Assembly: GCA_963514005.1 (NCBI GenBank)
Contig: OY740805.1
Coordinates: 23,994,001 to 24,058,000, forward strand
Reading direction: 5' to 3'
Length of the DNA stretch: 64,000 nucleotides
Source: Raja brachyura
Taxonomy: Eukaryota
Below, one piece after another: positions 52,401 through 64,000 of this stretch. The first letter of the stretch is position 1. Every line of letters begins with the position of its first letter. The notes under the pieces were generated by a model. That model made no database searches, was not told where the DNA came from, and was given only the letters and a program-made list of their open reading frames with translations. The translations under genes were made by a program, and so were the position numbers.

Positions 52401-55400
52401 CCCATTGCTCTCCTTACATGGAAGCAAAGACTGTCATTTGCAGACCCTTCCATTTGCCTAGAGAGTTCACAGTAGTGATGATGACAACTGTCTATATTCC
52501 ACAACGTTAGCACAGCTCTTGCCCATCTGCATGACACCATAAACAAACAACAGCAGGCTCATCCTGAGGGAGTTTACAATTTTTGCAGGGATTTAGAAAC
52601 ATAGAAAATAGGTGCAGGAGTACGCCATTCAGCCCTTCGAGCCTGCACTGCCATTCAATATGATATGGCTGATCATCCAACTGAGTATCCCGTATCTGCA
52701 TTCTCTGCATACCCCCTGATCCCTCTAGCAACAAGGGCCACATCTAACTCCCTCTTAAATATAGCCAATGAAGTGCCCTCAACTACCTTCTGTGGCAGAG
52801 AATTCCAGAGATTCACCACTCTTTGTGTGAAAAATGTTGTTCTCATCTCGGTCCTAAAAGACTTCCCCCTTATCCTTAAACTTTGACCCCTTGATCTGGA
52901 CTTCCCCAACATCGGGAACAATCTTCCTGCATCTAGCCTATCCAACCCTTTAAGAATTTTGTAAGTTTCTATAAGATCTGCCCTCAATCTTCTAAATTCT
53001 AGTGAGTACAAGCCGAGTCTAACCAATCTTTCTTCATATGAAAGTCCTGACATCCCAGGAATCAGTCTGGTGAACCTTCACTGTACTCCCTCTATGACAA
53101 GAATGTCTTTCCTCAGATTAGGAGACCAACACTGTACGCAATACTCCAGGTGTGGTCTCACCAAGACGCTGTACAACTGCAGTAGAACCTACCTGCTCCT
53201 TTACTCAAATCCATTTAGGATGGAGAGTGACATTGTTAATTCAGAAACAAGGGTTCTGAACTTAAAGAAAGGTAACTTTGAGGGTATGAGACGTGAATTG
53301 GCCAAGATAGACTGGCAAGTGATTCTTAAAGGGTTGACGGTGGATATGCAATGGAAGGCATTTAAAGACTGCATGGATGAACTACAACAATTGTTCATCC
53401 CAGTTTGGCAAAAGAATAAATCAGGGAAGGTAGTGCATCCGTGGATAACAAGGGAAATCAGGGATAGTATCAAAACAAAAGATGAAGCATAAAAATTAGC
53501 CAGAAAAAGCAGCCTACCAGAGGACTGGGAGAAATTCAGTCCAGCAGAGGCCAAAGAGCTTAATTAGGAAAGGGAAAATAGATTATGAAAGAAAACTGGC
53601 AGGGAACATAAAAATGGACTGCATAGGTTTTTATAGATACGTGAAGAGAAAGAGACTAGTTAACACAAATGTAGGTCCCTTGCAGTCAGAAACTGGTGGA
53701 TTGATCATGGGGAACAAGGACAAGGCAGACCAATTGAATAACTAATTTGGTTCTGTCTTCTCTAAGGAAGACATAAATAATCTGCCGGAAATAGCAGGGA
53801 ACCGGGGGTCAAATGAGATGGAGGAACTGAGTGAAATCCAGGTTAGCCGGGAAGTGGAGTTAGGTAAATTGAATGGATTAAAGGCCGATAAATCTCCAGG
53901 GCCAGATAGACTGCATCCCAGAGTACTTAAGGAAGTAGCCCCAGAAATAGTGGATGCATTAGTGATAATTTTTCAAAACTCTTTAGATTCTGGAGTAGGT
54001 CCTGAGGATTGGAGGGTAGCTAATGTAACCCCACTTTTTAAAAAGGGAGGGAGAGAGAAAACAGGGAATTACAGACCAGTTAGCCTAACATCGGTAGTGG
54101 GGAAAATGCTACAGTCAGTTATTAAAGATGGGATAGCAGCACATTTGGAAAGTGGTGAAATCATTGGACAAAGTCAGCATGGATTTATGAAGGGTAAATC
54201 ATGTCGGACTAGTCTTATAGAATTTTTCGAGGATGTAACTAGCAGAGTGAATAAGGGAGAACGTGTGGATGTGTTGTATCTGGACATTCAGAAGGCTCTC
54301 GACAAGGTCCCACATAAGAGATTAACATTCAAACTTAAAGCACACGGTATTGGCGGTTCAGTGTTGATGTGGATAGAGAACTGGCTGGCAGACAGGAAGC
54401 AAAGAGTAGGAGTAAACGGGTAATTTTCACAATGGCAGGCAGTGACTAGTGGGGTACCGCAAGGAAAGGTGCTGGGACCCCAGCTATTTACAATATATAT
54501 TAATGATCTGGATGAGGGAATTGAATGCAACATCTCCAAGTTTGCGGATGACACAAAGCTAGGGGGCAATGTAAGCTGTGAGGAGGATGCTAGGAGGCTA
54601 CAAGGTGACTTGGATAGGTTGGGGGAGTGGGCAAATGCATGGCAGATGCAGTATAATGTGGATAAATGTGAGGTTATCCACATTGGCGGCAAAAACTGGA
54701 GGGTAGACTATTATCTGAATGGTGGCCGATTAGGAAAGGGTGGAGATGCAACGAGACCTGGGTGTCATGGTACACCAGCCATTGAAAGTAGGCATGCAGG
54801 TGCAGCAGGCTGTGAAGAAAGCGAATGGTATGTTGGTATTCTTTGCAAAAGGATTTGAGTACAATAGCAGGGAGGTTCTACTGCAGTTGTCCAGGGTCTT
54901 GGTGAGGCCACACCTGGAGTATTGCGCACAGTTTTGGTCTCCTAATCTGAGGAAAGAAATTCTTGCCATAGAGGGCGTACATAGAAGGTTCACCAGACTG
55001 ATTCCTGGGATGGCAGGGCTTGCATATGAAGAAAGACTGGATAGACTCGGCTAGTACTCGCTGGGATTTAGGAGATTGAGGAGCGATCTTGTAGAGACTT
55101 ACAAAATTCTTAAGGGGTTGGACAGGCTAGATGCAGGAAGATTGTTCCCGATGTTGGGGAAGTCCAGAACAAGTTTAAGGATAAGGATAAGGTTTAAGGA
55201 TAAGGGGGATGTCTTTTAGGACCGAGATGAGAAGATCATTTTTCACACAGAGAGTGTGAGTCTGTGGAATTCTCTGCCACAGAAGATAGTTGAGGCCAGT
55301 TCTTTGGCTACATTTAAGAGGGAGTTAGATGTGGCCCTTGTGGCTAAATGGATCAGGGGTTATGGAGAGAAGGCAGGTACAGGATACTGATTTGGATGAT

Positions 55401-58400
55401 CAGCCATGATCATATTGAATGGCGGTGCAGGCTCGAAGGGCCGAATGGCCTACTCCTGCACCTATTTTCTATGATTCTATACCATTCGCTTTCTCCACTG
55501 CCTGCAGCACCTGCATGCCTACTTTCAATCAAGCAAACTTAAAGTCAGTGCTTCCTAAATTCGTACAATACGTACAGTGTCCCACCACGGGGAAAAACAC
55601 ACTGGACCACGTCCACCACAACATAAAGCATGCATATAGAGCAGTACCTCTCCCACATTTGGGCCTGTCAGACCATCTCTCACTGCTCCTCGTCCCAGCA
55701 TATACTTCCCCCAGGAGGAAAACCAAGCCGGACATAAAGATCACACAAACCTGAGCAGCTGCAGGATTGCTTTACCCGTACAGCATGGTGTATTTTTGAA
55801 CAACAGGACTTACTGGAATACACAGAAGCTGTACTGTCCGACATAAAGAACTGCACCGATAATGTCACTGGTGAAAAACGCATCCGGGTTTATCCCAACC
55901 AAAATCCCTGGATGACTAGTGAAGTACAGTCACTCCTGAGAACCCGCAACTCTGCCTTTAGATCGGGTGTCAGGGCCCAATACAGCATGGCAAGAGCAGA
56001 ACTGAGGAGAGGCATCAAAGCTGCAAACGAAGCCTACAAGAAAAAAGTGGAGGACCATGCCTAGCAGTCATGACAGAGAATAAAATAGAGAACACACAAT
56101 GGACACAGTTTAACATCCACCACATGCAAGTCTACCAGACACCTCCTCACTGTTGAGGAAGTAGTATATAAATAGAACCACTCGGATAGTGACTTTTATA
56201 TAAACTAGGTAATTTGCAAAGAAAAGCTTAAGGTTTTCCTGACAAAATGAAGTGCAATTAAGCATATGCACACACAGGGAAGGATGAGTCAAGACATAGA
56301 AACGGTTAACCTGAACCTGACTTTGTGTTGAAGAATGGATCGCTGAATAGGGGCCTCTTCTTAGGCCAGAGGTCAACTCTTTTCTCTATGAGTACATTCT
56401 TAGGTTATGAGGTTTGCGCTTAGTTTGAGATAGAATTCAAGGCTGAGAGGCCCTGTGGTTGGCCTTGGCTATGTTGAATTATAATGAGATTGAGATAGGG
56501 GTAGGATGTGTATGAAGGGGAGTAGTTGCGAGAGGAAAATAATTAGATTGATGGATATGTGACATTCCTATGTTTATAGAAAGTCGAAGAAGCAGATGTA
56601 ATTCTGAGTTGTGAATTTACGCTTTGTTCTGTAATATTTGTAAAAGGCCTTGTACAGAGATTGGAAATCCATCTCCCAGACATAGCAGGAAAAGGGGAGG
56701 CTGTAAGTTACAAATTAAGTTTCTCCTGGTACTAAACACTTATTAAGTACGTTGACAGATTTACAACCCATTCATGCTTGGTTTGGAGATGTGTATGTGT
56801 TTTGAACTTAGAAACTGTAATTCAGCAAACTAACATAATTAATGTTTTAAATACATATGTAATAGTAAAATTGTAGTGAAACAAGTTGTGAAATGTATTG
56901 TCTTAGTAGGAATGTAGACATTAGACTTCTAGAAATTGTTTAGATTCATAGAAATATATTTCTTCTTTGTATGGAAATGTGTACGACTTGTGTGATAATT
57001 GTATTACAAATGTAACTTATATTTTGAGGAGTGTCCTTTCATAATTGGGCCTACTGGGGTTTTGCTGTGTTGAAATAAACTAGCAAAGTTATACCACAGG
57101 CTGTAGGTTGTAATGAGGCCAGGGAAGGGGGATCATGTAACTGATGTTGTAAATCACCAGAAGGACTCAGATGATTGGTTACTAGTTTGTCATACCCTCT
57201 GCATGTGAAATGTCTAATACCTGTATAAATGCCATGAGCTTGTATCAAAGTTACTCCTCTCTGGACCCGCCCCAGAGCATCAGCTGTGTGTTGGAAGGTT
57301 CATAGACCAGTCTCAGCTGAATAAAGAATTGATTTCAACAGCAACAAGTGTTTGAGTCAAGTTGACTTTAGATTGACAAAATAACTCAGTTTAACACTGT
57401 GATGGCAGGCTAAAGTCTTAAAGTCCTTGTCCATTGAATGTATTGAATGAGTTTTTGTCTTGTTTGGACTTGTTTTGGTTACACTGATCAGGAGTAGCTC
57501 TCCTAATTTCATTGTATTTCTAAGTACAATAACATTAAAGGCTTATTATCATTATTATTATTATTATATTGCGGCATCAGCCTATACACGGGCCACTTAT
57601 GCTCGAACCCTCGTCAGGAGGTACAAGGGCAGGCACGTGACATCATGGGCTAGAGGGAGTGTCCTGGTACTTAAGGTCATCTCACCTCGAGACCCGAGTA
57701 GTCAACAGGTAGCTGAGCCCGAGAGAACAACCTCGCTCAACTACAGCAACAATGTTAATATAGTTAGCGCACCAACCTAACGTAACGACTGAATAAACAA
57801 CTCTCTGAACCGGCCTGACGTCTCACCTTTATTCACCATGTTTGGTGCTGCTACAATATTATTAGTATTATTATCGGGGACTTTTAAAGTCAGGACCCTT
57901 CATCAGTCTCTGACATTTACAAACTGGAAAAAAGATTCTGATTTTCTACACTATCTATGTCTTGGTTCTTGGTTACTTGGTCCTCCAAAATATTCCAACT
58001 GGAATTTAAACTGGAGGTGGTAAAGGGAGGGGTATAGCCAGGTAGGGTTATTGGGAAGAAAGTGCCACTTTAAATTTAGTTGCATCTGGCTGGGCAACCG
58101 TGGCTTGGTGGAGATTATTCCATGCTTTAATAGTGCGTGGAAAGAACCCTCGTAATTTTATATTCTTCCATCACATCTTCCCTCAACCACCAGCGCTCCA
58201 GAGAAAACAGTCCAATTTTGTCCAACCTCTCCTTACAGTTAATACCCCTAATCTACATCAATGATCTAGATGATGGGGTGGAAAATTGGATAAGTAAGTA
58301 TGCAGATGATACTAAGATAGGGGGTGCTGTGGATAATGAAGTAGATTATCAAAGTCTACAGAGAGATTTGGGAGATTTGGAAGAGTGGGCTGAAAGACGG

Positions 58401-61400
58401 CAGATGGAGTTTAATGCTGATAAATGTGAGGTGCTACATCTTGGCAGGATAAATCAAAATAGGACGTACATGGTAAATGGTAGGGAATTGAGGAATGCTG
58501 TGGATCAGAGGGATCTAGGAATAACTGTGCATAGTTCCCTGAAGGTGGAATTGCATGTAGATAGGGTGGTAAAGAAAGCTTTTGGTGTGCTGGCCTTATA
58601 AATCAGAGCATTGAATATAGGAGTAGGGAAGTAATGTTAAAATTGTACAAGGCATTGGTAAGACCAATTCTGGAGTATATTGTACAATTTTGGTCGCCTA
58701 ATTATAGGAAGGATGTCAACAAAATAGAGTGAGTACAGAGGAGATTTACTAGAATGTTGCCTGGGTTCCAGCAACTAAGTTACAGAGAAAGGTTGAACAA
58801 GTTAGGTCTTTATTCTTTGGAGCGCAGAAGGTTAAGGGGGGGACTTGATTGAGGTCTTTAAAATGATGAAAGGGATAGACAGAGTTGACGTGGATAAGCT
58901 TTTCCCATTGAGGGTAGGAAAGATTCAAACAAGAGGGCATGACATGAGAATTAAGGGACAGAAGTTTAGGGGTAACATGAGGGGGAAATTCTTTACTCAG
59001 AGAGTGGTGGCTGTGTGGAATGAGCTTCCAGCAGAAGTGGTGGAGGCAGGATCGATTTTAACATTTAAAAGTAAAGTGGATAGGTATATGGACGGGAAGG
59101 GAATGGAGGGGTGTGGTCTGAGTGCAGGTAGATGGGACTAGGGGAAAATAAATGGTCGGCACGGACTGGAAGGGCCGAGAAGACCTGTTTCCGTGCTGTA
59201 ATTGTTATATTGTTATATGGTTATAATCCAGCCAACATTCTGGTAAACCCCATCTGCACTCTCTGCAAAGCCTCCACATCCTCCATGTAATGGGGCGACA
59301 AGAACAGCACACCATACTCTAAATGCGGCGTAACCAAAGTTTTACAAAGCTGCGTCATGGCTTCCTGACTCTTATGCCCAATGCCCTGAATGATGAAGGC
59401 TAAGCACACATTACAACTCAGTGAGCTAGCGTTAGGGGAGAGGGGTCCCATCACCCAGTGTGTGTGTGGGGGTGGGGAAGTGGTTCCCATACCAGGGAGG
59501 AGACAGCGGGAGGGGGTGGAGTCACCCATGAAGGCAGTTTGGGGTTCGACGTGAAACCCAAAATGTTGGAGAAACTCTACAGGTCAGGCAGCATCTGGGT
59601 AGGGAATGGATCAGCAAGATTTGGCGTCGGGACCCTTCCTCATAAGGGTCTACACACCAAGCGGCAAGGGGGGTAGATAATGCAGGTCCACACAGCAAGT
59701 GTGGCCTTTGGTCAACCAGAAATGGGTGTGACTTCCCATCCTGGTGACCAACCCAAGGGTGATAGAGGAGGTAAGAGAAATGGTGGAGTAACTCAGTGGG
59801 ACAGGCTACATCTCTGGAGAGAAGGATTGGGTGACGTTTCGGGTCGAGACCCTTCTTCAGACTGATAGAGGAGGTGGCGGGACAAGATTAGGGTGGCGGG
59901 GGTAGGATTTGCGGGCGGAGAGGCAAACGACGGCTGGCACAGCCTGACCTACCTTTGCGAGATAGCATGGAGTCTCCGTACTCGAGGTATTTCTTCAACC
60001 ATTCCACGCAGATCGTCTCGGTGTAATGCTTCTTGTAGAGGTTGTTGGCTGTGTCGCTGTTCCACTTGTCTCTCGTGCTCAAGGCCAAGGGCGAGGCGGT
60101 GACCCAGATGGACATCTCAAAGTCAAAGCTGATCAGGTCCTGGCCGTTGAAGGCGTACTGGCGCACCCCGCTCACCGTCCCGTTGTCCGTGACGCTGCAC
60201 CCCGACGTATACTGCAGGTAGTTCAGCTCTAGACATGGAGAGAACGTCAAAAGCCGTTCGAAACTCACACGCATCCTCTACATCCACCAACCCAAGGGTG
60301 GCATCTGCAAGATGGACATTACCCACCATTACCTGCCCGTTACTGTCCCAATTCAGCACGGAACTCAACATCCCGTTACAATCCCAATAGTTGTAATAAC
60401 AATTTTGGTGACGCCATATATTAGTTTTGTTTATTATTATTGTCAAGTCATAGACTCATACAGCATGGAAACAGGCCGCTTGGCCCAACTTCCCACACCG
60501 ACCAATATTCCCATCTGCACTAGCCCCACCTGCCTGCGTTTGGTCCATATCCCTCTAAACCTGTCCTGTCTATCTGTCCGTCTCATTGTTTCTTAAATGT
60601 TGTAATCGGCCCGACATCAACTACCTCCTCTAGCAGCTTATTCCATACTCCCACCACCCTTTGAGTGAAAAGGATACCCCTCAGATTCCCATGGAATCTT
60701 TCCCCCCTTCAGCTTAAACCTATGTCCTGTGGTTCTCGATTCCCCTGTTCTCAGCAAGACACTCTGTGTCTACCTGATCTATTCCTCTCATGATTTTATA
60801 CACCTCAAGAGTACTGAAGTATATTAAAAAGCTTCTTCCCACATGCTATCCAGTCAGCAAAAAGGCGATACAGAATTACAATCAAGCTGTCCACAGTGTA
60901 CAGATAAAGGGAATAATGTTTACTGCAAGATAAAGTCTAATTAAAGATAGTCCAAAGGTCTCCAATGAGATGGGTGGTGACTCAGGCCAGCTTTCTAGTT
61001 GGTGATAGAATGGCTCAATTGTCCGTAAAGAGCCTTTGAAGAAACTGTCCCTGAATCGGGAGGTGTACGTGCTCACACTTCCGTGTCTCTTGCCAAACGG
61101 GAAAGGGGAGAAGCGGGAGTGACTGGGGTGAGACACATCCTTCGTTATGCTGGCATTCATTGAATGGCTGATTTGGAGGGTTGTGTTCAGTTTTGGTCAC
61201 CCTGCTCTAAGAAGGACGTTAATAAACTGAGAAGAGGGCAGAGAAGGTTGACTTTCTCCCCGTGGGTTTTCTACGAGAAGTTCGGTTTCCTTTCACACCC
61301 CAAAGACGTACGGGTTTATGGGTCAATTGGCGGTGCGGACTTGGTGGGCCGAATGGCCCGTTTTCACGCTGTACCTCTAAACTAAACTCCTGAAATGTCT

Positions 61401-61703
61401 GTGCATGCAGTGTGAATCAACCACCGAGGATACACGCACCCATCTTGCTGCGGTTAGATCGTTGCATTGCGATCTGGACATTGGCCATGTACAACTTGTG
61501 TCGATTGATCAATCTCTGAGTCTCCTTGTCCCAGTAGTCACTTCCCAGGGCTCTCTCCATCCAAGGCTGCCGTGCAATGTCCTCCTCCGTTTTGCTGTCA
61601 AAGTAGGTTATCTGAACGCCATCCAAAACGCCGATGTGCACAAACTCAGGAAGGTCCACACTCCCGGCCATCGAGGTGTAGTAATACTGTAGCGAGTGAG
61701 TCT
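40337..61703 (-). CDS. MHC class I heavy (alpha) chain gene, multi-exon, probably non-classical UDA-like lineage; leader exon not found in window
   Basis: Manually spliced exons 61703-61440, 60228-59953, 46749-46474, 43493-43362, (41417-41358 uncertain) and 40458-40337. All introns are GT-AG and phase 1, and the frame stays open. Translation: [11 protein letters not shown]...DYWDKETQR...QRSNRS / ...GCSV...DKWNSD...[18 protein letters not shown] / C1-set Ig domain (HCLATGFFP...LPNHDGTYQ...CRVWH) / hydrophobic TM / tail. Confidence 0.93.
41358..41417 (-). CDS. Candidate small cytoplasmic exon of the MHC class I gene
   Basis: Strong donor CAG|gtaagt at 41358/41357. A NAGNAG acceptor (ttctcag|cag|) gives an in-frame 60- or 57-nt exon, (A)[19 protein letters not shown]. 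The Ser-rich end resembles class I tails. The acceptor is uncertain because a nearer AG gives a 23-nt exon. Confidence 0.45.
41690..42820 (+). mobile_element. Two adjacent Tx1-clade LINE 3' fragments (41690-42215 and 42250-42820)
   Basis: [17 protein letters not shown]...LLLGLAKL...CLP.F.GYVRA; each ends in an A run. Confidence 0.7.
43362..43493 (-). CDS. MHC class I connecting peptide/transmembrane exon (132 nt); not in ORF track
   Basis: Acceptor tcttcttctttaattag|AC CAA, donor AAG G|gtaaga, phase 1/1. Translation [44 protein letters not shown] has a ~23-aa hydrophobic run followed by KK. Confidence 0.88.
46474..46749 (-). CDS. MHC class I alpha3 (Ig C1-set) exon (276 nt)
   Basis: CT-rich acceptor ttttctctcag|CT GTT CCA, donor TGG G|gtaaga. 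Translation [92 protein letters not shown]. Confidence 0.95.
47097..47666. mobile_element. PIF/Harbinger-type MITE with long TIRs, inserted in a V-SINE
   Basis: agggcctgtcctacaagcatgcaactctatgcgatga / tcatcgcatagagttgcatggttgtaggacaggcctt; TAA/TTA flanks. Confidence 0.8.
51255..56058 (+). mobile_element. Rex1/Babar-type LINE 5' half (5'UTR and APE domain), fragmented by CR1 insertions
   Basis: [15 protein letters not shown]...[43 protein letters not shown]...[16 protein letters not shown]. Confidence 0.8.
53213..55478 (+). mobile_element. 2.3-kb CR1 LINE ORF2 fragment (RT), nested in an antisense CR1 (52595-53212 and 55479-55530)
   Basis: [15 protein letters not shown]...NYRPVSLTS...QHGFMKG...YLDIQKA...SGVPQG..LGP...FADDTK, with stops and frameshifts. 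Confidence 0.92.
56110..57396 (+). mobile_element. LTR retroelement remnant: 3' internal region, polypurine tract and LTR (56702-57396)
   Basis: PPT aggaaaaggggagg directly before TGTAAG; TATA-like gtataaat near 57222; AATAAA near 57320; ends ttaaCA. Confidence 0.6.
57570..57855 (+). mobile_element. Solo LTR (Gypsy-like), 286 bp
   Basis: TG...CA termini, 4-bp TSD ATAT on both sides, internal AATAAA near 57792. Confidence 0.6.
58250..59222 (+). mobile_element. CR1 (HER1-like) LINE 3' fragment
   Basis: [22 protein letters not shown]...; same young subfamily as 14097-15160. Confidence 0.92.
59953..60228 (-). CDS. MHC class I alpha2 domain exon (276 nt)
   Basis: Acceptor ctccatgtctag|AG CTG, donor AAA G|gtaggt. 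Translation [91 protein letters not shown] contains C101, C164, T143, K146, W147, Y159, W167 and Y171. Confidence 0.96.
61440..61703 (-). CDS. MHC class I alpha1 domain exon (264 nt)
   Basis: Acceptor tttacag|AG ACT CAC, donor ATG G|gtgcgt. Translation [87 protein letters not shown] contains Y7, Y59, R84 and the N86 glycosylation sequon. Confidence 0.95.
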
Positions 61704-61752
61704 CTGTAAATCACAACACAACACAACCTCAGAATGAGATAACATGGTGCCC

Positions 61753-62002
61753 GCCTTTCAGACTCCTCCTCTCCTCCATCTCCTGCCCACCACTCCCCAG
61801 TAAAATAACACGGAACATAGAGCAGTACATTACAGGACCAGGCCCTTGGACTCGCAATGTTCGTCCCAACATTGCCAGCCTTTCAGACTCCTCCTCTCCT
61901 CCATCTCCTGCCCACTACTCCCCAGTAAAATAACACGGAACATAGAACAGTACATTACAGGACCAGGCCCTTGGACTCGCAATGTTCGTCCCAACATTGC
62001 CA
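61753..62002. repeat. 125-bp tandem duplication (2 copies) in the intron upstream of the alpha1 exon
   Basis: 61753-61877 and 61878-62002 differ at only about 2 positions. Confidence 0.9.
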
Positions 62003-62809
62003 CTGATCTAATCTGCCTGTACAAGGGGCACATCCCTCTATTATTCTCACTTACAAGTGCCTACCTAAAAGCCTCTTAAATGGCACTATCGTATCTGCCT
62101 CCACCGCCACCACTAATAGCGCGTTCCTGGCACCTACCACTCCTCGGTGTAAATATCTCACCCAGCACATCTTCATTGAACTTTCCCCCTCTCACCTTAT
62201 AGCTCTGCCCTCTAGTATTGGATATTTTAACACTGGGGAAAAAAAGTTCTGTCTATCGACCCCGTCTATGCATCATGATTTCATCTAATTCTATCAAGCC
62301 TCCCTTCAACCTACAATGTTTCAGAGAAAACAATCCAAGTTGATCCAACCTAACGGGCAGAGATAGCTCGAGAAATGTATGCCTTCATCTGAATGGAGAC
62401 ACAAGGAACTGCAGATGCTGCAATCCTGAGCAAACACGAAATGCTGGAGTAGCTCAGTGGGTCAGGCAGTATCTGTGGAGGGCAGGCCGCGATTCAGGTC
62501 GGGGCCCTGCTTCGACTCCATCTCCGTTGGAAGAAAATTATTAAAACAGAGAGCTGAAAGTGTACAGTTATAGTCTCCACACTACAGGAAGAATGTGGCT
62601 ACATTTCGTTCAGACTGAAGAGTCTAAATGACAATAAAGGATACTTGATACACTAGAGAAGGCGCTGAGGAGATTCATCGTGATGTTGCCTGGGATGAAG
62701 CTGTTATGATGAGAGACCAGAGAGGCCGGGTTTGCTTTCCTTAGCGCAGAGGAATGTGAAGGGGGAACCCTAATGGAGGCGTACAACATTATGAGAGGCA
62801 TAGATAGGA

Positions 62810-63338
62810 TCCTGAGGAAAGACATCCTTGCCATAGAGGGGTTACAAAGAAGATTCACCAGACTGATTCCTGGGATGTCAGGACTTTCATATGAGGAAAG
62901 ATTGGATAGACTCGGCTTGTACTCGCTGGAATTTAGAAGATTGAGGGGGGATCTTATAGAAACTTACAAAATTCTTAAGGGGTTGGACAAGCTAGATGCT
63001 GGAAGATTGTTCCCGATGTTGGGGGAGTCCAGAACAAGGGGTCACAGTCTAAGGATAAGGGGGAATTCCTTTAGGACCGAAATGAGGAAAACATTCTTTA
63101 CACAGAGAGTGGTGAGTCTCTGGAATTCTCTGCCACAGAAGGTAGTTGAGGCCAGTTCATTGGCTATATTTAAGAGGGCGTTAGATGTGGCCCTTGTGGC
63201 TAAAGGGATCAGGGGGTATGGAGAGAAGGCAGGTACGGGATACTGAGTTGGATGATCAGCCATGATCACATTGAATGGCGGTGCAGGCTCGAAGGGCCGA
63301 ATGGCCTACTCCTGCACCTAATTTCTATGTTTCTATGA
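62810..63338 (+). mobile_element. CR1 LINE 3' fragment
   Basis: [21 protein letters not shown]...[10 protein letters not shown]; near-identical to 51642-52168. Confidence 0.9.
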
Positions 63339-64000
63339 TAGAGAGTAAGAAACGTTTCCCCACAATGAAGACTCTAAATACGGAGGCATAGGTTTAAGAT
63401 AGGGAGCAAGAGGTTCATCGAGGATTCAGGGGGTGTTTGGAATCTGGAAGACACTGCCTGAGAGGTGATTGTCACAACATTAAATAAAATCTGGGTAAAG
63501 AACCAAATTGCCGAGGCAGAAAAGATAATGAACCAAATGCTGGTAAATAAATTAGTAGAATGCATTTTGAGAAGTCAAACCATGGCAGGATCTTCACGGT
63601 AAACGGCAGGCCTATGGGGAGTGTTGTAGAGCAGAGGGGCCTAGGAGTGCAGGTACATAGTTCCCATGAAGTGGCATCACAGGTAGATAGGGTGGTCAAA
63701 AAAGCTTTTGGTACATTGGCCTTCAACAGTCAAGGTATTGAGTAAGGTTACAGCGCAGTGTTATGAATATTGATTTTAACTTCAAGTAACCCTTGCAACC
63801 CCTTTCCCTCTCTGTCCTCCCCCCCCCCCCCCCCCCCCACAAGTCTTTGTACTTGTATCAATATCATTGTGTAGGAAAGAACTGTAGGTGCTGGTTTACA
63901 CCGAAGATAGACACAAAATGCAGGAATGTCACCGAGTTAACAATGGTCTGTTACCTTTATCATTGTTACTTTTAACATATCTTTCATTCATTTGTTCTAC

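Noticed and set aside
61704-64000. MHC leader exon and promoter
   Set aside because: I found no ATG-initiated hydrophobic exon with a phase-1 donor. The region is mostly CR1 and Penelope debris, so exon 1 is probably beyond the window.

Overview
Repeat-dense vertebrate DNA, most likely from a cartilaginous fish such as a skate or ray (inferred from HE1-type V-SINEs, their HER1/CR1 partner LINEs and an elasmobranch-type MHC sequence). The only host gene I can support is an intact-looking MHC class I heavy-chain gene on the minus strand. Its exons are alpha1 (61703-61440), alpha2 (60228-59953), alpha3 (46749-46474), transmembrane (43493-43362), a possible small cytoplasmic exon (41417-41358) and a terminal exon (40458-40337). 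All introns are phase 1 GT-AG, and I found no leader exon in the window. The protein keeps 8 of the 9 peptide-anchoring residues (Leu at position 123) and has a long tail without Tyr, consistent with the non-classical UDA lineage. The rest of the window is heavily nested mobile DNA: CR1, Rex1/Babar, L1, Tx1, Vingi, a near full-length HERO-type element with ~115-bp terminal direct repeats, a DIRS1 element with intact ITR/ICR, hAT and Harbinger non-autonomous elements, LTRs and a 2-kb minisatellite. Short retroelements carrying ribozyme motifs recur: a young Penelope-derived mini-element starting at a hammerhead core, and RTE- and Vingi-related short elements with HDV-like folds. One hammerhead-core copy appears to supply the MHC stop codon.
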